Shown: positions 1 through 10,212 of the stretch, piece after piece
Position numbering within the stretch: the stretch's first letter is position 1
Layout of the letters: every line of letters starts with the position of its first letter
NCBI GenBank assembly: GCA_034520945.1
Contig: JAXHNB010000001.1
Location: forward strand, 320,001-384,000
Reading direction: 5' to 3'
DNA from: Trueperaceae bacterium
GTDB taxonomy: Bacteria > Deinococcota > Deinococci > Deinococcales > Trueperaceae
DNA length: 64,000 nucleotides
Notes under the pieces: generated by a model
The model's input: the letters and a program-made list of their open reading frames with translations, nothing else
Database searches by the model: none
What the model was told of the DNA's origin: nothing
Program-made: the position numbers and the translations under genes

Positions 1-2
1 TC

Positions 3-2864
3 GGGATCCGCGGCACGTTGGAAGAAGGGGCGCCCGCGGGCGTCGTCACCGTTCCCGGCACCTACCTCAACGGGTTTCACGAACGCGAGGAGATCGCCTA
101 CCCGGAGCCCGCCTACGGCTACGCCCGCTGGCGCCAGACGATGTTGAACGTGACCGGCTGCACGAACCTCGCGCTGCGGCTGGACGGCGAACCGCTGCAG
201 ATGGGCACCGAGCGGGTCTCGGCGTACGAACGGGTGCTGGACCTGCGCGCCGGGACGCTGACGCGCACCCTGACGTGGACGGCCTTCGATGGCGCCCGCA
301 CGCGCCTCACCTTCGTGCGGGCGGTGTCGCTGGCGCACCGTGCGCGCGTCGCGCAACGCCTCACGGTGGCGCCGCTGGACCGCGCCGTCCGGGTGGAGGT
401 CACGCACGCGCTGGACGGAACCGTCGAGAACCAGGTCGAGACCGGTGATCCGCGCATCGGCACCGCCCTCAAGGGTCAGGTGTTGGCGCCGGTGGCGCAC
501 CGGCACCAGGGCGCCCGCCGGGCGTTGCGGCAGCGCGCCCGCGGCAGCGGGATGGAGCTCGTGTGCGCCTGCGAGCACCACGCCCACGGCGCCGACGTCA
601 CCACCGAGGTCGCGTCCGAACCGTCGCGCGCCGAGCTGCGCCTGGTCGCGGGTCCCGATGCGAGCGAGGCGTTTCGGTTGGACCTGCACGCCGTGTACGC
701 CGACGCGCGCGACCATGCGCCGGAGGCGCTGGACGCCGCCGCCGACGCCGAACTGGACGCGTTTGCGCGCGACGGCGGCGTGGACGGGCTCCTGGCCGCC
801 CAGCGCGCCTGGTTGAATGAGTACTGGACGGGCGCGGACGTCGAGGTGGCGGGCGATGCGGGGGTCCAACAGAGCGTGCGCTTCAGCCTGTACCACCTCG
901 CCCAGGGCGCCGGCCGGGACGGCCGCACCAACATCCCCAGCAAAGCGCTCACGGGCGAAGGCTACGAAGGGCACACCTTCTGGGATACCGAGATCTACGT
1001 GCTGCCGGTGTTCCTGCACGTCCGGCCCGACATCGCGCGCGCCCTGCTGCAACACCGGATCCACCTGCTGGACGCCGCGCGGGCGCGCGCGACCGAACTC
1101 CACCACGACGGGGCGCTCTACCCCTGGCGCACCATCGCCGGCCCCGAGGCGTCGGCGTTCTTCCCCGCCGGCACGGCGCAGTACCACATCGACGCCGACG
1201 TGGTGCACGCCTTCGAGCGCTACCTGGCCGCCACCGGCGACGGCACCATTATGTGGGCGGGCGGGGCCGCGGTGGCGGTCGAGTGCGCCCGGTTCTTCCT
1301 GAGCGCCGGTGCCTGGGGCCAAGGCGGGGCGTTCCACCTGCACACCGTCACCGGGCCGGACGAGTACACCGCCCTGGTGGACGACCAGCACTACACGAAC
1401 CGCATGATGCAGGGCACGTTTCGCTTCGCGGCGCAGGTGGTGGAGGACCTGGCGGCGGAGGACCCCGCGCGCTTCGAGGCCGTGCGGCAGGGGCTGGGTC
1501 TTGGCGCCGACGAGCCGGACGCCTGGCGCCGCGCCGCCGACGCCGTGCACCTGCCGGTCGACCCCGGCAGCGGCGTCACCCCGCAGGACGCGACCTTCCT
1601 CACCAAGCCGGAGTGGCCCTGGGACGAGGTGCCCGCGGAGCGCTACCCGCTGTTGCTGCACTACCACCCGCTCGACATCTACCGTCACCAGGTGCTGAAA
1701 CAGGCCGACGTGCTGCTGGCGCACCACCTGCGCCCAAGCGGGGTGAGCCGCACGCAGCTCCGCCGGGACGCGGCGTACTACGCGCCCCGCACCACGCACG
1801 ACTCCTCGCTGTCTGCGTGCGTGCACGCGATCATCGCGGCCCGACTGGGACGGGCGGGGGAGGCGCTGGACTTCTTCGCGCGCACCGCCCGGATGGACCT
1901 GGACGACCTGAACGGGAACGTGAAGGACGGCGTGCACGCCGCGGCCATGGCCGGCACTTGGTTGGCGGTCACCGAAGGGTTCGGGGGCCTCGACGTCCAA
2001 GGCGGCACGCCGTGCTTTCATCCGCGCCTGCCGGCGGGATGGACGCGGCTCCGCGTTCGCGTCGCCTGGCACGGCCGGGTGATCGAGGTGGACACGGACG
2101 CGGAGGTGACGCGCTACCGGCTGCGCCGCGGCGAGGCGCTGGAGGTGCGGCACCGCGGCGAGGCGCTGCGGCTCGAGCCCGACGGCGAGGCCGTCCTGCC
2201 GAGCGGCCCCCGGCTTCGCGGCGTGGCGCTGGACCTCGACGGTGTCGTCACCGACAGCGCCGCGTACCACGATCAGGCCTGGAAGGCGCTGGCCGACGAG
2301 CTCGACATTCCCTTCGACGAGACCGCCAACCAGGCGCTGCGGGGCCTGCCGCGCATGGATTCGCTGGAGGCGATCCTCGCGCGCGGGCAGCGAGCGCTGC
2401 CCGAGGAGGAGAAGCAGCGCCTGGCCGCCCGCAAGAACGCGCACTACCAGCGTCTGATCGAGGACGTCACGCCGCGCGACCTGCTGCCCGGCATCCCCGA
2501 GTTGCTGGTGGAGCTGGGACAGGCGGGGGTGCGGATCGTGCTGGCCTCTTCCAGCCGCAACGCGCCGGCCCTGGTGCGCCGCCTCGGCATCGAGGACCGC
2601 CTGGATGCGATCGTGGATCCGGCCGCCGTGCACGCCGGCAAGCCCGACCCGGAGATCTTCGAACGGGCGGCCGAGGCGTTGGGCCTTTCGCCGGAGGACT
2701 GCGTGGGCGTCGAGGACGCGGCGGCGGGGGTCGCGTCGATCGAAGGGGCCGGCATGCCCAGCGTGGGGGTGGGGGACGTGGCCCACCTGGGCGATGCCAC
2801 GCGGGTGGTGCCGGACACGCGCGCCTTGACGATGGACGTCCTGCGCGAGGCGGTCGGTGCCTGA
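3..2864 (+). CDS. Glycoside hydrolase family 65 (maltose/trehalose/kojibiose phosphorylase-like) fused to a C-terminal HAD beta-phosphoglucomutase; 5'-partial
   Basis: GH65 motifs GEGYEGHTFWDTE, TGPDEY, KQADV and HDSSLS; C-terminal HAD domain with DLDGV and GKPDPEIF...GVEDA. The frame is open to the window edge (GIRGTLEEG). Confidence 0.9.
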   Translation, partial: GIRGTLEEGAPAGVVTVPGTYLNGFHEREEIAYPEPAYGYARWRQTMLNVTGCTNLALRLDGEPLQMGTERVSAYERVLDLRAGTLTRTLTWTAFDGARTRLTFVRAVSLAHRARVAQRLTVAPLDRAVRVEVTHALDGTVENQVETGDPRIGTALKGQVLAPVAHRHQGARRALRQRARGSGMELVCACEHHAHGADVTTEVASEPSRAELRLVAGPDASEAFRLDLHAVYADARDHAPEALDAAADAELDAFARDGGVDGLLAAQRAWLNEYWTGADVEVAGDAGVQQSVRFSLYHLAQGAGRDGRTNIPSKALTGEGYEGHTFWDTEIYVLPVFLHVRPDIARALLQHRIHLLDAARARATELHHDGALYPWRTIAGPEASAFFPAGTAQYHIDADVVHAFERYLAATGDGTIMWAGGAAVAVECARFFLSAGAWGQGGAFHLHTVTGPDEYTALVDDQHYTNRMMQGTFRFAAQVVEDLAAEDPARFEAVRQGLGLGADEPDAWRRAADAVHLPVDPGSGVTPQDATFLTKPEWPWDEVPAERYPLLLHYHPLDIYRHQVLKQADVLLAHHLRPSGVSRTQLRRDAAYYAPRTTHDSSLSACVHAIIAARLGRAGEALDFFARTARMDLDDLNGNVKDGVHAAAMAGTWLAVTEGFGGLDVQGGTPCFHPRLPAGWTRLRVRVAWHGRVIEVDTDAEVTRYRLRRGEALEVRHRGEALRLEPDGEAVLPSGPRLRGVALDLDGVVTDSAAYHDQAWKALADELDIPFDETANQALRGLPRMDSLEAILARGQRALPEEEKQRLAARKNAHYQRLIEDVTPRDLLPGIPELLVELGQAGVRIVLASSSRNAPALVRRLGIEDRLDAIVDPAAVHAGKPDPEIFERAAEALGLSPEDCVGVEDAAAGVASIEGAGMPSVGVGDVAHLGDATRVVPDTRALTMDVLREAVGA

Positions 2865-2984
2865 CGGGGTGTCGGTGGCGACCTCGTTCACGCCGGGGCC
2901 GCTGCTACGTTCGGTGCCGGCGCCTCGCCGCGGCGGACCTGCCCGCGCCCGGACGACCGGAGCCCCATGGTCACGGACGTCGCG

Positions 2985-3013
2985 TTGACGCCCCACGGCG
3001 GCAGGGGTAGCCT
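2985..3013 (+). promoter_or_regulatory. Putative sigma-A promoter of mgtE
   Basis: TTGACG (2985-2990), 17-nt spacer, TAGCCT (3008-3013). Confidence 0.6.
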
Positions 3014-3085
3014 AGCGCCCCTTCACGACCCCCCGCCCAGCACCGTGCATCCTGCACACCGTGCCCGCCGCCGAGGAGGAGGACC

Positions 3086-4474
3086 ATGGACGACGCCGAC
3101 CTCGTCGCGTTGGCCGAACGTTGCGCGGAACTGATCGCCGAACGCAAGTTCGGCGAGTTGCGCCGGATGCTGCTGGGACTCGATGCGCCCGACGTGGCCG
3201 AACTCATCGAGGAGCTCGGCAGCGAACACCAGGCGGTGGTGTTCCGGCTTCTGCCCAAGGAGCGCGCGACCGGCGTGTTCGAGCATCTCCGTGTCGACGC
3301 GCAGGAGAACCTGCTGCACGCGTTGGGGGACGAGGCGGCCGTGGCCATCCTCGCCGATATGAGCGCGGACGACCGCACCGAGCTGCTGGGCGATCTGCCC
3401 GGCAAGGTCACCAAGCGGCTCGTCAACCTGCTCTCGCCCAAGGAACGCGAGGTGGCCACCCGCCTGCTGGGCTACCCCGAGGAGTCGACCGGTCGGCTGA
3501 TGACGCCGGACTACGTGCAGGTCAAGCCGTTCTGGACGGTTCGCGAGGCCCTCGACCACATCCGGGCGTACGGGCGTGACTCCGAAACCCTGAACGTGGT
3601 GTACGTCACCGAGCGGGGCGGACGGCTCATCGACGACATCCCCACGCGCGAACTGCTGTTGATCCATCCCGACGCCCGCATCGCCGAGCTGATGGACATG
3701 AAGTTCGTCGCGCTCTCGGCCTTCGACGACCAGGAGGAGGCGGTCGCCGAGTTCCGCCGGCACGACCGGACGACGCTGCCGGTGGTCGACGGCGACGGCA
3801 TCCTGGTCGGGATCGTCACCGTCGACGACGTGCTGGACGTGGCCGAAGCCGAAGCGACCGAGGACATTCACATGTTGGGCGGCTCGCAGGCGTTCGACGA
3901 GCCCTACCTGTCGATCCGCGTCGGCACCATGGTCAAAAAGCGCGCCCCCTGGCTGGTGTTGCTGTTCTTCGGGCAGATGCTGACCGCGACGGCGATGGCC
4001 ACCTTCGAGGAGGCGCTGTCGCAGGCGTTGGTCCTGGCCCTGTTCGTGCCGCTGATCATCAGCTCGGGCGGGAACAGCGGTTCGCAGGCGGCCACCCTGA
4101 TGATTCGCGCCCTCACCACCGGCGAGGCCTCGCTGCGCAACTTCGGACGGGTCGTGGTCCGCGAGGCCGGCGCCGCCGCCATCATCGGCGCCATCCTCGG
4201 CGTGCTCGGCTTCGCGCGCATCGCGGTGGGACAGGCGCTGGGCACCGGCTACGGCGAGCACTGGCCGCTGGTCGGCGCGACGATCGGTTTGGCGCTGCTG
4301 TTCGTGGTGCTGTGGGGCTCGGTGGTCGGCACCATCCTGCCGATGGTGCTGGAGTGGTTGGGTGCCGACCCGGCCGCTAGCTCCACGCCGTTCGTGGCCA
4401 CCCTGGTCGACGTGACCGGCATCGTGCTGTACTTCACCATCGCCACCGTGGTGCTGCGGGGCACCTTGCTCTGA
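3086..4474 (+). CDS. mgtE: Magnesium transporter MgtE
   Basis: MgtE-N domain, CBS pair (GRLMTPDY, GIVTVDDV) and TM domain with SSGGNSGSQ and PFVATLVDVTG; GAGGAGG RBS. Confidence 0.95.
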   Translation: MDDADLVALAERCAELIAERKFGELRRMLLGLDAPDVAELIEELGSEHQAVVFRLLPKERATGVFEHLRVDAQENLLHALGDEAAVAILADMSADDRTELLGDLPGKVTKRLVNLLSPKEREVATRLLGYPEESTGRLMTPDYVQVKPFWTVREALDHIRAYGRDSETLNVVYVTERGGRLIDDIPTRELLLIHPDARIAELMDMKFVALSAFDDQEEAVAEFRRHDRTTLPVVDGDGILVGIVTVDDVLDVAEAEATEDIHMLGGSQAFDEPYLSIRVGTMVKKRAPWLVLLFFGQMLTATAMATFEEALSQALVLALFVPLIISSGGNSGSQAATLMIRALTTGEASLRNFGRVVVREAGAAAIIGAILGVLGFARIAVGQALGTGYGEHWPLVGATIGLALLFVVLWGSVVGTILPMVLEWLGADPAASSTPFVATLVDVTGIVLYFTIATVVLRGTLL

Positions 4475-4608
4475 GGCCCGGCCCCGGCCCTGCCACCCCG
4501 CGCGCGAAGTACCATGACCGAATCGGTAGCAAGCGCGGGCCGGTCACGGACCCGTCTCGGTCCCAGGTACGGCGTGGGCGCAGCGGACGCCTCGGAGGGT
4601 GGCGAACC

Positions 4609-6966
4609 ATGAACGGACGACGAAACGGCATCGGCGGCGCGCGGCACATAGGGACGCGGCTCCTGGTCCTGGCGCTCGGGTTCGGTCTCATACTGATGAG
4701 CCCGGGGGCGGAACGCTTCGCGATCGCGCAGATGAACCAGGAGACCGAAGAGGAGGTGCGCGCCTCGGTCGACGAGATCTTCGGTCCGCTGGAGGAGATC
4801 CGCGCCTCGCTCGACCCGCGCCGCTTCGACGTGGACGAGTTGGCGCTGGACCTGGCGTTCGAGGACGCGCCGACCATCACCGACTACGTGCACGAGCGCC
4901 TCGCCTTCGAGCCGTATCGCGGCGTGCTTCGCGGTGCCCGGGGCGCCCTGGCCGGCGGGTCGGGCAACGCCTGGGACCAGGCGTTGCTGACCGCCATCCT
5001 GCTGGGCGACGCCGGCTACGAGGTCGAGGTCCGCCGCGCCACCCTGGACGAGGCGGCGGTGGATCGCCTGCTGGCCGAGGTGCGGCCGGCGGGACGCGAC
5101 GAGGTGTCGTTGGAGGGCGTCGAGGTGGCCCTGGGCGACGTGGGCGGCGTCGAGGCGCTGCGCGGCACGTTGGACGAACGCAGGGAGGCGCTCCTAGGCG
5201 AGGTGGGGACGGCCGAGCGGCGGCTGGCCGACGCGCTTCCCGCTTCGAGCACCGGCGATGCGGCGATGAGCCGCGTCCGTGACGCGGTGCGGGACTACGC
5301 CTGGGTCGCCTACCGCTTCTCCGCGGACGAGCCGTGGGCCCATGCCCATCCCGTGTTGGGCAGCGACGCGGAGGCGTTGGACGGACTGGAGGCCGAGGAG
5401 GCCTATGAGGGGGCGCTGCCCGACGAGGTGCAGCACCGCATCCGCATTCGCTCGTTGGTCGAGCAGCGCCTGGGCAGTGAACTGCGGGTGCACGAGGTCG
5501 CCGCGCCGTGGGAACGCCCGGTCGCCAACATGTACGGCGTGCCGTTCACGTACATGAACCTGCCCGACGGCGTCGATTCCGCCCCCGAGGGGGCCGGTCC
5601 GGCCGAGATCCTGGAGCGCACCTCGTTCCTGTTCCCGTTCGTCGGCGGCGACATGGCCGACGGCGCGATGGGTTTCGACATGAGCGGCAACGCCGTCGAC
5701 GCCATGGCGGCCGAGAGCGCGTTCGCGGGCGTGTTCCAGTCGGTCGGTGGCGCCGTCGGCGACGCGGCCGGTGCGCTGGGCGGGCTCTCCCTCGGCGGGG
5801 ACGACGAGGAGCCCGAACCGACCGGCGACGCCGTCGCGCTGACGGCGCAGTGGCTGGAGTTCACCCTGATCGCGCCCGGCGGGGAGGAGACGACGCACCG
5901 CCGCATGGTGGTGGACCGGATCGGCGCCGAAGCGCGCCAGGAGGGCAGCGTGCGGCTGGAGGCGGGCGTGTCCGAGGAGGAGGCGTTCGCCGCGCTGATG
6001 AGCTCGCACACGGTGATGGTCCAGACCAATCGCTTCGGCCAGGCGTTCCTGGCGGACCGGGTGTCGGAGGGGTTGTTGGCCTCGCGCGATCACGTGGAGG
6101 AGGCCTGGGCGGCGATTCTCACCGGAAGCGAGCCGCCGGTGATGGATCCGGGCGCGGCCGACGCGCAGACGGTGGTGGCCCCGCTGTTGATGTACGGCCT
6201 GTTCGACGAGGCGCCCCTGGACGAGGACGTGGTCAGCTACCGGCCCTCCCCGGCGGTGAGTGTTTTGAGCCAGCGGCTCGACGGCACCGCGCCGCAGGTC
6301 GACGTGGTCGCCAACCCGCGCTGGAGCCTGCGCACCGGGCCCGACGGGCCGGTGTACGACGCGGCCGCCAGTCGCGCCGCGGGCGCCTGGGAGACGCGGA
6401 TGGAGGGCCTGGTGCTGCAGGCCCGCGGGGAGGCCGAGATCCCCGCCTACGCGTCGCTGGATAGGGTCGACGCCTCGTCTTGGCGTGCCCTCGAGCCCGG
6501 GGACGCGGAGGTGCTGGCCGAGCTGTCGCTTCCCGAAGCCACCCGGCGGGCCATGGCCCAGGACCTGGAACGCGGCTACCAGGTGTATGCGCCCGCCGAA
6601 ATGGCCGAAGGGCAGCGCGTGGCCGGCTGGTGGCGCGTCGACCCCGTCACTGGCGAGACGCTGGGGCGCGGCGGGGACGGCCGGGGCCAAGCGGGCGTGG
6701 AGTACATGAGCAACCTGCAGCTGGCCGGCAGCATCATCCCGGCGATCGGCTTCACCCTGCACGGGGTGCACGGCTGCACCGAGATCGAGGATGCCGAGAA
6801 GGCCGGGTGTTGCATCGTCCAGAACATCGCCTTGATGCCGATCGGCTTCGCGGGCGGCATGGTGATGGGGGCCGCGTTGAGCTTGAGCGCGCTGGCCAGC
6901 TTCGTGGCGTTCGACGTGGTGGGGAACGTCGCGATGTCGCAGATCCCGAGCGTGTGCGGTAGCTGA
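4609..6966 (+). CDS. Secreted acidic protein with a transglutaminase-like domain (catalytic residues substituted)
   Basis: Signal-peptide-like N-terminus; FEPYRGVLRGARGAL..GSGNAWDQALL..LL..AGY and YAWV resemble the TGase core; GGAGGG RBS. Confidence 0.6.
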   Translation: MNGRRNGIGGARHIGTRLLVLALGFGLILMSPGAERFAIAQMNQETEEEVRASVDEIFGPLEEIRASLDPRRFDVDELALDLAFEDAPTITDYVHERLAFEPYRGVLRGARGALAGGSGNAWDQALLTAILLGDAGYEVEVRRATLDEAAVDRLLAEVRPAGRDEVSLEGVEVALGDVGGVEALRGTLDERREALLGEVGTAERRLADALPASSTGDAAMSRVRDAVRDYAWVAYRFSADEPWAHAHPVLGSDAEALDGLEAEEAYEGALPDEVQHRIRIRSLVEQRLGSELRVHEVAAPWERPVANMYGVPFTYMNLPDGVDSAPEGAGPAEILERTSFLFPFVGGDMADGAMGFDMSGNAVDAMAAESAFAGVFQSVGGAVGDAAGALGGLSLGGDDEEPEPTGDAVALTAQWLEFTLIAPGGEETTHRRMVVDRIGAEARQEGSVRLEAGVSEEEAFAALMSSHTVMVQTNRFGQAFLADRVSEGLLASRDHVEEAWAAILTGSEPPVMDPGAADAQTVVAPLLMYGLFDEAPLDEDVVSYRPSPAVSVLSQRLDGTAPQVDVVANPRWSLRTGPDGPVYDAAASRAAGAWETRMEGLVLQARGEAEIPAYASLDRVDASSWRALEPGDAEVLAELSLPEATRRAMAQDLERGYQVYAPAEMAEGQRVAGWWRVDPVTGETLGRGGDGRGQAGVEYMSNLQLAGSIIPAIGFTLHGVHGCTEIEDAEKAGCCIVQNIALMPIGFAGGMVMGAALSLSALASFVAFDVVGNVAMSQIPSVCGS

Positions 6967-6992
6967 GCCGGGCCGGAGGACGGGGCCGGCGC

Positions 6993-8135
6993 TCAGGCGG
7001 TTTCGTCCAGGAGGCCCGCCCCCGCGGCCGGTGCGACGGGGTACAGCGCGGGCGCGCGGTCGGTGGCGCGCCGGTAGCCGGTCTCCACGTCGGCCAAGAA
7101 GTCCGGGACCGCCGTGCGGGCGACCAGGGCCACGGCGCAGCCGGCGAACCCCGCCCCGGTCATGCGGGCGCCAAAACAACCGTCCTGTGCCTGCGCGACG
7201 TCCACCATGGCGTCCAAGGCAGGGCCGCTGACCTCGAAGTCGTGCTTCAGGCTGGCGTGACTGTCGTTCATCAGGCGCCCCAACGCGCTCGCGTCGCCCG
7301 CGCGCATCGCCTCGGCCGCGCGCAGGACGCGGGCGTTCTCGCGCACCACGTGCCGGGCCCGCGCCAGCACCGCCTCATCCATCGCGTGGGCGTGCGCGCC
7401 GAGGTCTTCCTCGTTGGCGTCCCGCAACGTCGCCACCCCCAGCGCCCGCGCGGCCGCGTCCACCTGGGCGCGACGCTCGTTGTAGGCGCTGCCCACCAGC
7501 CCGCGCCGGGTGCCCGTGTCGAGGATCACCACGGTGGACTCGGGGGGGATCGGCACGGGGTCGGTCGCCAGCGTGCGGCAGTCGATCAGCAGGGCCGCGC
7601 CTTCCTCGGCGCAGGCGCCGATCAGCTGGTCCATGATGCCCGAGGCGACGCCCACCCAGTCGTTCTCCGCCCGGCGGCACGCCTGCGCCATGGCGCGCGG
7701 GTCCCAGGCCAGCCCGGACGCCTCCATGAGGGCGCGCGCCAGCGCCAACTCCAGCGCCGCGGAGGAGGACAGCCCCGCGCCGCGGGGCACATCGCCGCTG
7801 AACACGCCGTCCATGCCGCGTAGCGCGTGGCCCGCCTCGCGCAGCGCCCAGGCCACCCCGTGCGCGTACGCCTGCCAGCCCTCGCGGGCGTGCGGCGCGT
7901 CGGCCGCGAAGGCGTCCTCCTCGTCCAGGTCCAACGCCCGCAGGTGCACGGTCCCGTCCTCGCGGCCGCGCAGGGCCAGGCGAACCTCGCGGTCGATGGC
8001 CATGGGCAGCACGAAGCCGTCGGAGGTGTCGGTGTGCTCGCCGATCAGGTTCACGCGGCCCGGGGCGCGAACGATCGCGCCGGGATCGTGGCCGAACCGG
8101 CCCGTGAAGGCCAGGCGCAGTTCCTCGGGCGTCAC
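6993..8135 (-). CDS. galK: Galactokinase
   Basis: [24 protein letters not shown] and [12 protein letters not shown] motifs; the GTG start overlaps the galT stop (GTGA). Confidence 0.95.
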   Translation of the reverse strand: MTPEELRLAFTGRFGHDPGAIVRAPGRVNLIGEHTDTSDGFVLPMAIDREVRLALRGREDGTVHLRALDLDEEDAFAADAPHAREGWQAYAHGVAWALREAGHALRGMDGVFSGDVPRGAGLSSSAALELALARALMEASGLAWDPRAMAQACRRAENDWVGVASGIMDQLIGACAEEGAALLIDCRTLATDPVPIPPESTVVILDTGTRRGLVGSAYNERRAQVDAAARALGVATLRDANEEDLGAHAHAMDEAVLARARHVVRENARVLRAAEAMRAGDASALGRLMNDSHASLKHDFEVSGPALDAMVDVAQAQDGCFGARMTGAGFAGCAVALVARTAVPDFLADVETGYRRATDRAPALYPVAPAAGAGLLDETA

Positions 8136-9187
8136 GGCGTTCCGTCCGGCGGGGCGGGCGTCAGCTCGCGGAGGCGCGCGGCGGCTTGTTCGGGGGTGAG
8201 GTCGCGTTGCGGCTCGCCCAGCAGCTCGAAGCCGACCATGAACTTGCGGACGGTGGCGCTGCGCAGCAGGGGCGGGTAGAGGTGCGCGTGCAGCTGCCAG
8301 TGGGCGTCGGCTTCGGCCTGCGCCTGCGGGCCGCTCGGCGCGCCGTGCCAGCCCATCGAGTAGGGGAACGGCGTGTCGAACAACGCGTCCAAGCGAGGCA
8401 GCAGGTCGGACAGCAACGCCGCGAGGTCGTCGCGCTCGGCGTCCGTCAACTCCGGCAGTCGCCCGACGGGGCGGACCGGTGTGATCAGGATCTCGAACGG
8501 CCACACCGCCCACCACGGCACCACGGCCAGCCAGTGCGCGCTGGCGCTCACCACGCGTTCGTCCCGGTCTCGTTCCAGCCGTTGGTAGGCGACCAGCAGC
8601 GGCTCGCCGTGGGCGTGCAGCCAGGCGCGTTGGGCGGCGTCCTCCTTGGCGGCTTCGCTGGGCAGGCGGTCCACGGCCCAGATCTGGCCGTGGGGGTGCG
8701 GGTTGCTGGCGCCCATCGCCTCGCCCTTGTTCTCGAAGATCTGCACCCAGCGCCAGGTGCGGCCCAGCGCCTCGGCCCGTTCGGCCCACAGGTCGACCAC
8801 GCGCCGCAGCGCCGGGCGCGGGAACTCGGCCAGCGTCAGGTCGTGGCGGGGCGAGAAGCAGATCACCTGGCAGGTGCCGCGCAGCCCTTCGCGCTGGAGC
8901 AGCGGGTGCGCGTCGGGGCCGGGCTCCGGGGCGTCCACCATCAGCGCCGGAAAGTCGTTGGTGAACACGAAGGTGCCGTCGTAGTCGGGGGTCCGCTCGC
9001 CTCCGGCGCGTTCGTTGCCGGGGCACAGGTAGCAGCTCGGATCGAAGCGCGGCTTGCCTGCGGGGGCGGGCGCCTCCTGCCGGCCCTGCCAGGGGCGCTT
9101 GGTGCGGTGGGGGCTGACGACGACCGCCTCGCCCGTGAGGGGGTTGCGGCGTCGGTGCGGGTGCTCGTCCGGATCGAACGGCGTCAT
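8132..9187 (-). CDS. galT: Galactose-1-phosphate uridylyltransferase
   Basis: [17 protein letters not shown] and [20 protein letters not shown] (HPH motif). Confidence 0.95.
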   Translation of the reverse strand: MTPFDPDEHPHRRRNPLTGEAVVVSPHRTKRPWQGRQEAPAPAGKPRFDPSCYLCPGNERAGGERTPDYDGTFVFTNDFPALMVDAPEPGPDAHPLLQREGLRGTCQVICFSPRHDLTLAEFPRPALRRVVDLWAERAEALGRTWRWVQIFENKGEAMGASNPHPHGQIWAVDRLPSEAAKEDAAQRAWLHAHGEPLLVAYQRLERDRDERVVSASAHWLAVVPWWAVWPFEILITPVRPVGRLPELTDAERDDLAALLSDLLPRLDALFDTPFPYSMGWHGAPSGPQAQAEADAHWQLHAHLYPPLLRSATVRKFMVGFELLGEPQRDLTPEQAAARLRELTPAPPDGTP

Positions 9188-9327
9188 CGGTCCTCCAAGA
9201 TGTCGAGGTTCGGGCTCGTGCCGGGAGCCTACCGCAGGGCGGGCCCGCTGCGGCCGTGGCGGGGTGTTTCACGTGCGTCGTGCTGCGCCGCCGTCCGAAT
9301 CGGGGGCGGGGTGCGCGCGGCGGCTGC

Positions 9328-9356
9328 TTGCGCGGCCCGCGGCGCTCTGCTAAACT
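9328..9356 (+). promoter_or_regulatory. Putative promoter of the rplU-rpmA-obg operon
   Basis: TTGCGC, 17-nt spacer, TAAACT with an extended TG; implies a leader of about 155 nt before rplU. Confidence 0.55.
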
Positions 9357-9516
9357 CATGTGCTCGGCGTCCCGGGTCGCGCCGTCCTGGCGTGGCGGCG
9401 GGGCCGGGCATGGCCCCTCGGCCGCGGGGCGGCAGACGCGGGCGGCCGCGAGGTGCGACCGCTCGATTCCATCACGGCACACCGCTCGGCCCGCCGGGCG
9501 TTCGGAGGATGAGGAC

Positions 9517-9822
9517 ATGTTCGCGATCGTGAAGTCCGGTGGCAAGCAGTACCGCGTGGAGGAGGGCGACCTGCTCCGGCTCGAGTTGCTCCAGGCCGAG
9601 GTGGGGGATTCGGTCGAGTTGCCGGTGATGATGCTGGGTGGCGACGAGACGAAGGTGGGCACCCCCTGGGTCGACGGGGCGCGCGTGCAGGCCGAAGTGG
9701 TCTCGCACGGGCGGGGCGACAAGATCTACATCGAGAAGTTCAAGGCCAAGAAAAACTATCGCCGGCGTGCCGGGCACCGACAGGGCTACACCGAAGTCCG
9801 CGTCACGGCCGTGGCCGGCTGA
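9517..9822 (+). CDS. rplU: 50S ribosomal protein L21
   Basis: [18 protein letters not shown]...GHRQGYT; GAGGA RBS. Confidence 0.97.
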   Translation: MFAIVKSGGKQYRVEEGDLLRLELLQAEVGDSVELPVMMLGGDETKVGTPWVDGARVQAEVVSHGRGDKIYIEKFKAKKNYRRRAGHRQGYTEVRVTAVAG

Positions 9823-9840
9823 ACGGGGAGGGGACCCGAC

Positions 9841-10119
9841 ATGGCACACAAGAAAGGCGTCGGCAGCACCAAGAACGGCCGCGACAGCGAATCCAAGCGC
9901 CTCGGCGTCAAGCGGTTCGACGGTCAGGCCGTCACCGCCGGGCACATCCTGGTGCGGCAGCGCGGCACCAAGTTTCACCCGGGGCGCAACGTCGGGACCG
10001 GCAACGATTTCACCCTGTTCGCCCTGCGGGACGGGGTGGTGCGGTTTCACGACAAGGGGCGCAAGGGGCGCTTCGTGTCGATCGAGCAGGCGCCGAGCCA
10101 GGCGCTCAGCGCCGACTGA
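9841..10119 (+). CDS. rpmA: 50S ribosomal protein L27
   Basis: [24 protein letters not shown]. Confidence 0.98.
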   Translation: MAHKKGVGSTKNGRDSESKRLGVKRFDGQAVTAGHILVRQRGTKFHPGRNVGTGNDFTLFALRDGVVRFHDKGRKGRFVSIEQAPSQALSAD

Positions 10120-10212
10120 TTCCTACGCGGCGTACGGGCGCGGCATGTTCCGCGCTTCAGGTTCGTTCCGGGCGCGGCCGCACGGCCGCGCCCGGTGCGT
10201 GTGGGGGGCATG

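Noticed and set aside
2865..3085. M-box (ykoK) Mg2+ riboswitch upstream of mgtE
   Set aside because: I could not recognise the conserved M-box sequence, and the predicted promoter leaves only about 65 nt of leader. An Rfam search would be needed to exclude it fully.
6993..9722. 909-aa ORF suggesting a giant GalK fusion (likewise 44887-47103 for CysK and 57832-60291 for the beta-propeller)
   Set aside because: The N-terminal extensions are off-frame read-through across neighbouring real genes; better starts are 8135, 46138 and 58743.
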